DNA from: an uncultured Armatimonadetes bacterium
GTDB taxonomy: Bacteria > Armatimonadota > Hebobacteria > Hebobacterales > Hebobacteraceae
Reading direction: 5' to 3'
Assembly (NCBI GenBank): GCA_963716175.1
Contig: OY970296.1
Coordinates: 2,176,001 to 2,240,000 of the forward strand
DNA length: 64,000 nucleotides
Both the position numbers and the translations under genes were made by a program. The notes beneath the pieces were generated by a model. That model was not told where the DNA came from and did not search any database. It saw only the letters and a program-made list of their open reading frames with translations. Shown piece after piece: positions 57,177-64,000 of the stretch. Each line of letters begins with the position of its first letter. The first letter of the stretch is position 1.

Positions 57177-58112
57177 GTGGACTACACTACCCTTGGACGC
57201 ACGGGCCTGCGCGTCAGTGTCATGGGGCTCGGGTGCGGAGGACACAGTCGGCTCGGCCAGAGCTACGGCAGGAGCGAAGAGGAGTCTGCGGAGGTCGTGC
57301 AGGCCGCGCTCGCCCATGGGATCACGTTCTTCGACACCGCCGAGGCCTACGGCACGGAGAGTATCCTCGGCACGGGCCTGAGTCGGGAGCGGCGCGAGAG
57401 CGTGGTTATCTCGACCAAGATGACCTCATCCGTGGGCGACCGTCTGGTGCCTCGCGAGCAGGTGGGTTCCGGGCTGGAAGGGAGTCTGCGCCGGCTGCGC
57501 ACTGACTATGTGGATGTCTACCTCATCCACGGCCTGAGGGCCAAGCACTACCAGGAAGCCGTCAGTGAACTTGTCCCAGAACTGGTGAAGCTGCGAGACC
57601 AGGGCAAGCTAAGGTTCCTGGGAGTGACGGAGGCGTTTGCGTCCGATCCTGGACACAACATGCTGCGACGGGCGGTCCAGGACGACTGCTGGGACGTGAT
57701 CATGGTCGGGTTCAACATCCTGAATCAGGCCGCCCGTGAGCGAGTGCTGCCCGCCTGTCGGGAGAAAGCGATTGGCGTGCTGAACATGTTCGCGGTGAGG
57801 CGGGCGCTCGGCGATTGGGCGTGCCTGGAAGACGTCCTCGCCGACCTGGGGAAGAGAGAACTGGTGGACGGGCGAGCTGTCAAGGACACTCTCGACTCCC
57901 TAATCCGCGAGGGCGGAGCAACCAGTTTGCAGGACGCCGCCTATCGGTTCTGCCGATACGAGCCAGGCATCCACATCGTCCTGTCTGGAACCGGGAACCT
58001 GGGGCATTTGAAGGAGAACGTGGACTCCCTCGCGCGGCCTCCTTTGCCAGCAGAACATGCGGCGCGCCTCCGGGGGCTGCTGGTGAGGGTGGATGACATC
58101 TCGGGGAACTAG
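57177..58112 (+). CDS. aldo/keto reductase
   Basis: LGRTGLRVS, FDTAEAYG, ISTK, SLRRLRTDYVD.YLIH. Confidence 0.92.
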   Translation: MDYTTLGRTGLRVSVMGLGCGGHSRLGQSYGRSEEESAEVVQAALAHGITFFDTAEAYGTESILGTGLSRERRESVVISTKMTSSVGDRLVPREQVGSGLEGSLRRLRTDYVDVYLIHGLRAKHYQEAVSELVPELVKLRDQGKLRFLGVTEAFASDPGHNMLRRAVQDDCWDVIMVGFNILNQAARERVLPACREKAIGVLNMFAVRRALGDWACLEDVLADLGKRELVDGRAVKDTLDSLIREGGATSLQDAAYRFCRYEPGIHIVLSGTGNLGHLKENVDSLARPPLPAEHAARLRGLLVRVDDISGN

Positions 58113-58279
58113 CACCTGAGGTGGAGCACTGCTGAGGGGGTCGCGCCGGCTCTGTCCGTGCGTGAATCGCTCTTGATCCCTCGCGTTCTGTATTCGGGGG
58201 TGATGGACGGCGCGTCGTGCCGGAACCTACTCTCTCCAGGAATGCCGCGCCACGCTTGTCAGCCTCTGACTGGTTGGCC

Positions 58280-59011
58280 TCAGTGCCGCGCTCGGGAGCG
58301 GGGTGGTGATGCAGCCGCTGGATGCAGGAGCGGCACGAACTTGACCGGAGTGACGGCGGTGGTGACCAGCTTGCCCCTTCGCTTCTCCAGCAGACAGAGC
58401 GTCTGAGGCCCGCCTTCTGGCCCCACCGGGATCACCATGCGCCCCCCATCCTTGAGCTGGTCCACAAGCGGCTCGGGCACATGGTCGGGTGCGCAGGTGA
58501 CGATGATCGCGTCAAATGGCGCATACTCGGGCCGGCCCTGGTAGCCGTCTCCGGTGCTCACCTGCACTGCGGCGTAGCCCAATCGCTTCAGTCTGTCCCG
58601 AGCTGCGCTGGCGAGCTCGGGCACGATCTCGATGCTGTAGACATTCCGCGTGAGTTCCGCCAGTATCGCCGCCTGGTAGCCGGAGCCGGTGCCGATCTCC
58701 AGCACCTTGTCCTCGGGGCCGATCCGGAGCAGGTCGGTCATCAGCGCGACAAGCGAGGGCTGGGTGATGCGTTGGCCCCGGCCGATAGGCAGGGATCGGT
58801 CCTCGCAGGCATGCTTCCGCTGATCCTGCGGTACGAACTCCTCCCGCGGGACCTTTCCCAGAGCCCCCAGCACGCGCCCGTCCCTCACGCCGTTCGCCCT
58901 CGCGGCCGCGACCAGGCGCTCGCGAACCTGCCTCGCCCCGGAGGACCGTTTCGCGCAGCAGACCAGCAGCGCGGGCAGCGCCAGCAGGCATGCGATCAGC
59001 CCTGCCCGCAT
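58280..59011 (-). CDS. pcm: protein-L-isoaspartate O-methyltransferase with N-terminal signal-like peptide
   Basis: VPREEFVP, VLEIGTGSGYQAA, APFDAI.VT, GGRMVIPVG, FVPL. Confidence 0.88.
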   Translation of the reverse strand: MRAGLIACLLALPALLVCCAKRSSGARQVRERLVAAARANGVRDGRVLGALGKVPREEFVPQDQRKHACEDRSLPIGRGQRITQPSLVALMTDLLRIGPEDKVLEIGTGSGYQAAILAELTRNVYSIEIVPELASAARDRLKRLGYAAVQVSTGDGYQGRPEYAPFDAIIVTCAPDHVPEPLVDQLKDGGRMVIPVGPEGGPQTLCLLEKRRGKLVTTAVTPVKFVPLLHPAAASPPRSRARH

Positions 59012-59159
59012 CAGGGGGGATTGGATGCTCAACCGATGTCGCGTGGTGTCACCTCCGAGCGTGTTCACTGCCTGGCGACGTGAGCGACCGCGCAAGGGTG
59101 TACTGCCAGAAGCGGCATCATGCCTGACGCGGAGATAGCAGTTTCGCCCGTTCGGTGGC

Positions 59160-59729
59160 CTATGGACGAACCGCCAGACCGATGAAAGCGGTGATCACTC
59201 CCAGCACCGCATAGGACCCAGCATTCGCGGCGAGAACCGCCTTGATGGTCGTCTCGAAGTCCCGCTGCTTGCGCAGCAGAAGCATAACGACCACCGTTTC
59301 CTCCGCCACCGTGATGGTGAAGGAGCGAAGCAGGAGCCACGCGACCATCCGGAACTGCCCCTGTATCAGCGCCGTCTTCCACCCCACCTGCCCGCCGGCA
59401 TGATACCAGATCAGACCCAGGCCCATCGAGACGAGATTCGCCACCACTGCGTACCAGAAACACCGCCGGTAGCCGAGCTTGAGGAAGTGGTCCATCAGAG
59501 CCGCTTCCAGGAGACACACCCCCGCGGTGAAGCCCCCCACTGCCGCGACAGCGACGAGAGCCCCTACTCCGAGGATCAGCAGCGCACCGCCAAGATTCCC
59601 CATGATCATGTCGTCCGCGAGAACCGCGGTGGGCAGCAACACGAGCAGCGCTGAGAACCCCAGGAATGGTCGGACGGGCAACGGCCTCTTCACCCTATCG
59701 GGTGGCAGACCAGCAGTTCCAGCAGGCAT
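59160..59729 (-). CDS. hypothetical membrane protein
   Basis: 4-5 hydrophobic helices with internally repeated E...AN..S pattern. Confidence 0.6.
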   Translation of the reverse strand: MPAGTAGLPPDRVKRPLPVRPFLGFSALLVLLPTAVLADDMIMGNLGGALLILGVGALVAVAAVGGFTAGVCLLEAALMDHFLKLGYRRCFWYAVVANLVSMGLGLIWYHAGGQVGWKTALIQGQFRMVAWLLLRSFTITVAEETVVVMLLLRKQRDFETTIKAVLAANAGSYAVLGVITAFIGLAVRP

Positions 59730-60337
59730 CTCGGACCCCCTCCTCTCGCGCCGCTCTGCGCCGTGGGCGTCATCGCCTCAATCCGGGCGAGCCCGTGCTT
59801 GGGCTGGACCATCGCCCGGCATTGTAACAGGTGCGAAGACGGAGAGCAATCTCCAGCGGGGATCGGGGCTGCTGACCGCGGGGCGACGGGTAGCGGGTCC
59901 GGCACCAGCTGTGGCTAGCTGCGAATCTGGGCAGGGCCCCCCGGTCCGGCACACCCGTTAGCCCAGCGTCCCGCCGCGGCCAGCGCTGCACCGCAGGCAC
60001 CCCTGAGGCTGCGGCAGAATGGCGCACGAGGTTGGCATCAGGGCCGCGCTTGGGAGCGGGGTGGAGGTGGGGCCGCGGGGCCCCTAGGCCCACCCGAACG
60101 CGGAGCTGCCAGCTGCCGCGCTGCTCAAACGCGCACTGCGCCGTCACTAGTGCTGGGACTTGCAGCGTGTGTAAGTTCGCGCTATCCTGGTGCTGCCGCT
60201 AGCGGAATGCCGGACGCTCCGAGGGGCACTTGTACCCGGGGCGGTACGCGCGGGGGAGGCCGTGATGAGCGGCAAGTGCTCATCGCGGCGCATGCCCATG
60301 TCTCGTGTGCGCCCTTTCTTCATCTGCTGAGTGAGAC

Positions 60338-63300
60338 ATGACCGATCTCCTGGCCGAACTCAGAAAGCCAGCGGATGCCGTGGTTGATCCGCCTGTCCAG
60401 CCACGTCTACAGGCGCTACCGTTCCAGCAGCTGACTTGGCAGAACTTCGAGCGTCTATGCCTTCGTCTTGCTAGCGCAGAGTCTGACGTCAGGTCGGCTC
60501 GCCCCTATGGAGGGCCGGGTCAGTCCCAAGAGGGGATCGATTTCGTCGCCTCCCCCAAGGACGCCCCTGGAAAGGTGACCTGGGTCTACCAGTGCAAGCG
60601 GTGGGGACACGTCACCGCTCCCGATCTCGCTGGATGGGTGAACGTGTTCCTCGAATCCTGGCGGGGCTCTTTGCCGACAAGATTCACCGTCTGCGTGAGC
60701 CAGGCGCTTACCGCGCCTGACGTAATCAGAGAGATAGCCGCCCAAGAGCGCAGGCTTGCGGAAGGCCAGGTTGAGTTCGACGTGTGGGATGGCGAGCATC
60801 TCAACCAAAGGCTGAAGCAGCGCTCTGACTTGGTGGACGACTTCTTCGGTCGCGCTTGGGTCGAGGCCTTCAACGGGAGTGACGCTGCCTCCGCTCTCTC
60901 GGCCCGGCTCGCGGGCGCAGACGCACTTCAGTTGCGCCGTAGGCTACTGGCGCTGTATGAGCGCCTCTTCGGTCAGCACGATCCCGGTATTGCGCCAGTG
61001 TCGGCGCGCGCCCTCCCGCTGCGCTCCCGCTATGTCTGGCCGGACGTTCTTGTCGAGCGCGAGGTCGCGACCTCTGCCGCCGATGGAACCGGCGCTCTGA
61101 CAGCGGGGGCACGGGATGCTGGTGGCGACCTACTGGCCGCTCGTGAGAGGAGGGAAGGCGCCGCGCGGCCGTCGCGTTCTCAGGCTGTCCGAATTCCCGT
61201 GGCGCAGTGGCTGGCACGCCAGCATAGAGCCGTGGTGTTGGGTGACCTCGGCACGGGGAAGAGTTCGCTGCTTCGAAGCGTGGCGCTGGAGATCCTGTCT
61301 GCGGATGCCAAGGCTCCTGAGCTTTCCGGTGCGTGGGACGAGTTTGTGCCGATCTGGGTGCCGTTCGCCGGCTGGACTAAGGCCGTCCTTGAGGCACAGC
61401 CAGGGGTCAGCCTAGTTGACTATGTGACGACCTGGTTGCACCGGCATGGCGCCGATGACATTGCTGACATCGTCAGCCGGTTGGTCGGTGATGGACGGTT
61501 ACTGCTCCTGGTTGACGGCCTCGATGAGCGCAGGAGCGACGAGGCCGGCATGATAGCACTCGATCTGCTGGAGGCATTCCTCGCGAACCACGATGTCCCA
61601 GTCATCATGACGAGCAGGCCGGTAGGCTATGAGATGGTCGCTCGGGCAGAGTCAGAGTGGGCTCATGCTCACCTTGCTCCGCTATCTGAAGAGCAACAGC
61701 GTCACTTCGCACTCTTCTGGTTTCGCTGGCTCAGTGACTCCGGCAAGGATCTGAAGGCGCAGACTCTGGCAGACCGAGAGGCGGACTCCCTACTCGCGGA
61801 GGTCACCTCTAGGTCGGAGCTGTCAGCCCTAGCAGAGGTGCCGCTCACGCTCGGAATGCTGATAGAGCTGCGACGGCGCGGGGTGACGATTCCGCAGAGG
61901 CGCTTTGAGGTCTACAGCAAGCTGGTTGACTGCCTACTCGAGGAGCAGCCCGCACATCGCCGCCGCGCGGCTGGTCAGATCTCGGACGGTGACCTCGATC
62001 TGACGGATCGTCGGAACCTGCTGGCCTGCCTGGCACTCGAATTCCAGACACCGAGTGGTGCGGGCACTATGGCGGAGCAGCAGTGTGTGGAGTTGATTGC
62101 TGCTCGGCTCAGTGATCTGAACCATGTATGGGGCTACGACCGCGCTCGAGCGCGGCAAGTGGCGCGTGCGTTGATCGAAGAGGCGGTGCGAGAGGCTGGT
62201 ATCCTCACGAAACAGCCGCCGGACGGAATCGCCTTCTCTCACCTTGGTCTGCAGCACTGGCTGGCAGCGGTTGGCCTTTCGCTGCGACGTGCGGAGGAGC
62301 AGTCGCGATGCATCTCTCAACACTACCTGGAGCCCCAATGGCGAGAGGTCGTATTGTCCTTTCTGGAGATCCGATGCAGCACCGAGGACGGGCGCCAGTT
62401 CGCCGTCAAGCTCCTTGACGATCTGAAGGCCCGAACTACATCAACCTTCAGTCGGTGCCAGCTCGACATACTGCTGGCGGATGCTGTGTTCGCTGGCCTG
62501 GGGCTTCCAGCACTGTATGCCCGTACTGAGGCTCAGCGCCTGCTAGATCTAGTGCAGAAGTCGCCTTTCCCAGACCAGGCAGCCGACCTTGCCCAGGCCG
62601 CAGTCTCAGGTCTCAACAGCAGAGCGGTCAAAGAGGTCGTGGCGCGCAGCGCGTACAGGTGGTTCCCTGCTTGGAGCGAGCTCAGCCGGGCGTCGATCGT
62701 TGAGCGGCTCGGCAAGTGGGACGCGGCACCGGATGTCCGGGAGACTCTCATCGGGGCGTTGTACGACGAGGACTCGGGATGTCGCGCTGTGGCAGGGCAA
62801 TCCATCAGTCGCGTCTACGGCGGTGACGAATCTCTTGGTGGCGAGTTGCTGCAGATCGCGTGCCACTCGGTGGCGCCCGGCCCGCGGGAGGGAGCACTGC
62901 TGGCGCTGGCATTCGGGTGGCCTGATAGGCCCGAACTACCTGACCTGCTTGCGCAGAGCACACAGGATGGGGATCAGGGCGTCCGCCTGTCCGCCATCGA
63001 GGCCAGAATCCATCTCTCGCTTCACACAGACGAGGATCGACAGGTCCTGTGGTCACTTGTCAAAGAGAATACTGCCCTCGATTACTGGCGGCGGGATGAA
63101 GTGGGACCTGCGCTGCTTCTGGGCTGGCCGTCGAGTGACGATCTGCGGAGAGAGTGCTTCGACGTGCTCCCACGCGCCGCAGGCTTCCTTCACGGTGACC
63201 TGGCGGAGCAGGCCGTCTTCGTGCTCCTAACCGGATGGCCTGGCGACGATGAGATAGCGGCGCGCTTCGCTCACTGGTTGTCGTCAGACGAGCGCGACCC

Positions 63301-64000
63301 ATTCAGCATGCTGCATCTGCCTGGGTGGACAAGTGTCTGGGATCTTCTGGCGCGGAACTTCAGAGGGCATGCGGCCCTCGTTCCCGCGATCTTAGGCTAC
63401 CTCAGGAGATACCCGAGCTGGTACTTCTCAGACCGTGGCAGAGCGGTAGTTGCGTGCGGTACCGATGAAGCCAGAGAGTTCGCGCTTGGGTGTTTCCCGA
63501 CTAACCAGGGCATCCTCACCGACTCCATCGTGGCAGCGAACCTGCTTACAGGCTGGCCCGAAGACTGTGCTGTTCTCGACCGCGTCAAGGAGTGGGTGGA
63601 GCAGAACCCTCTGCACGCAGAAAGCCTGACCCGGTTCCTCAGGCTAATCTACCCTGACTCCCAGCACAGGAGGGAACTCCTGCTCTCGCTGTTGAGGGCC
63701 GAGCATCGGCGTGAGCCACACATGGTGCTTCAGGCATTGCTCGATGAGGACGTTCAGTGGGACCCAGACGAGCTGATCGACCTGGCCCTGCAAGGGCTCG
63801 ACAAGGTTTGGGAGCCGGCAGCCGAGGCTGTACAGGGGATCATCATTGAGACCTTCCCCTGCCATCCAAGGGCGAGGGAGGCGGCACGGACGCTGTTGCA
63901 GAGGTCCACGGCACTCTTCCCCGTGGCGCTCGCGAGAGTCTATGAGGATGATGACGAGTTCAGGCCGGTCATCCTGCGCGCGGCCATGTCCGCTCCGACC
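60338..64000 (+). CDS. Mrr-like nuclease-NACHT/STAND ATPase-helical repeat protein (3' truncated by window, at least 1221 aa)
   Basis: Translated by hand: LPFQQLTWQNFERLC...GQSQEGIDF...YQCKR; Walker A VVLGDLGTGKS (about 61232-61264); Walker B LLLVDGLDE (about 61500); IMTSRP; no in-frame stop found, which explains its absence from the ORF track. Confidence 0.85.
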   Translation, partial: MTDLLAELRKPADAVVDPPVQPRLQALPFQQLTWQNFERLCLRLASAESDVRSARPYGGPGQSQEGIDFVASPKDAPGKVTWVYQCKRWGHVTAPDLAGWVNVFLESWRGSLPTRFTVCVSQALTAPDVIREIAAQERRLAEGQVEFDVWDGEHLNQRLKQRSDLVDDFFGRAWVEAFNGSDAASALSARLAGADALQLRRRLLALYERLFGQHDPGIAPVSARALPLRSRYVWPDVLVEREVATSAADGTGALTAGARDAGGDLLAARERREGAARPSRSQAVRIPVAQWLARQHRAVVLGDLGTGKSSLLRSVALEILSADAKAPELSGAWDEFVPIWVPFAGWTKAVLEAQPGVSLVDYVTTWLHRHGADDIADIVSRLVGDGRLLLLVDGLDERRSDEAGMIALDLLEAFLANHDVPVIMTSRPVGYEMVARAESEWAHAHLAPLSEEQQRHFALFWFRWLSDSGKDLKAQTLADREADSLLAEVTSRSELSALAEVPLTLGMLIELRRRGVTIPQRRFEVYSKLVDCLLEEQPAHRRRAAGQISDGDLDLTDRRNLLACLALEFQTPSGAGTMAEQQCVELIAARLSDLNHVWGYDRARARQVARALIEEAVREAGILTKQPPDGIAFSHLGLQHWLAAVGLSLRRAEEQSRCISQHYLEPQWREVVLSFLEIRCSTEDGRQFAVKLLDDLKARTTSTFSRCQLDILLADAVFAGLGLPALYARTEAQRLLDLVQKSPFPDQAADLAQAAVSGLNSRAVKEVVARSAYRWFPAWSELSRASIVERLGKWDAAPDVRETLIGALYDEDSGCRAVAGQSISRVYGGDESLGGELLQIACHSVAPGPREGALLALAFGWPDRPELPDLLAQSTQDGDQGVRLSAIEARIHLSLHTDEDRQVLWSLVKENTALDYWRRDEVGPALLLGWPSSDDLRRECFDVLPRAAGFLHGDLAEQAVFVLLTGWPGDDEIAARFAHWLSSDERDPFSMLHLPGWTSVWDLLARNFRGHAALVPAILGYLRRYPSWYFSDRGRAVVACGTDEAREFALGCFPTNQGILTDSIVAANLLTGWPEDCAVLDRVKEWVEQNPLHAESLTRFLRLIYPDSQHRRELLLSLLRAEHRREPHMVLQALLDEDVQWDPDELIDLALQGLDKVWEPAAEAVQGIIIETFPCHPRAREAARTLLQRSTALFPVALARVYEDDDEFRPVILRAAMSAPT

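Noticed and set aside
1-64000. CRISPR array
   Set aside because: No regularly spaced 25-45-bp repeats with unique spacers; the repeats seen are dispersed palindromes.
55196-64000. Second attachment site (duplicated tRNA-Glu 3' end)
   Set aside because: No copy of GGTTCGAATCCCGCCGGGGC was noticed by eye; serine integrases need only short cores, so the right boundary cannot be assigned.

Overview
GC-rich diderm bacterium; an anaerobe or facultative anaerobe by gene content. Armatimonadota or a similar lineage is a guess only. 1-42.6 kb is mostly core genome: a lipid A/LPS-core cluster (fabZ-lpxA-lpxB-msbA-waaA-lpxK-lpxL, GT9, a GT4-GT9 fusion, GT4, two GT2, an HldE-type adenylyltransferase; lpxB carries a 1-nt frameshift), cvpA/AmmeMemoRadiSam-B, glmS, DUF72, mutM, a beta-barrel porin, and an aryl-acid uptake/activation cluster (two paaK, livFGMHK-type ABC transporter, ACT protein) divergent from iorAB. 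It also holds a nitrilase-family gene, mscS, a HEPN-motif gene flanked by REP-like palindrome mosaics, a nitroreductase, an EamA transporter and a GNAT. tRNA-Gln(CTG) and tRNA-Glu(CTC) follow. From about 42.9 kb there is an integrated phage-derived island: a large serine recombinase reading into tRNA-Glu, an excisionase-like HTH, a stand-alone primase zinc finger, and terS/terL with no portal or capsid. Its defence-like cargo is a DUF1828-like pair and an EVE-nuclease; an Mrr-like nuclease-NACHT protein further right (island membership uncertain) runs off the window and is missing from the ORF track. The top observation is that the usual phage ParB-DNA methyltransferase fusion is split into one ParB gene ending in a CxxC half zinc site and two different MTase genes, each starting with a matching CxCxxC half site. 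This suggests a scaffold that docks interchangeable methylase subunits through a shared zinc ion. All family calls come from motif recognition by eye; no database search was run.
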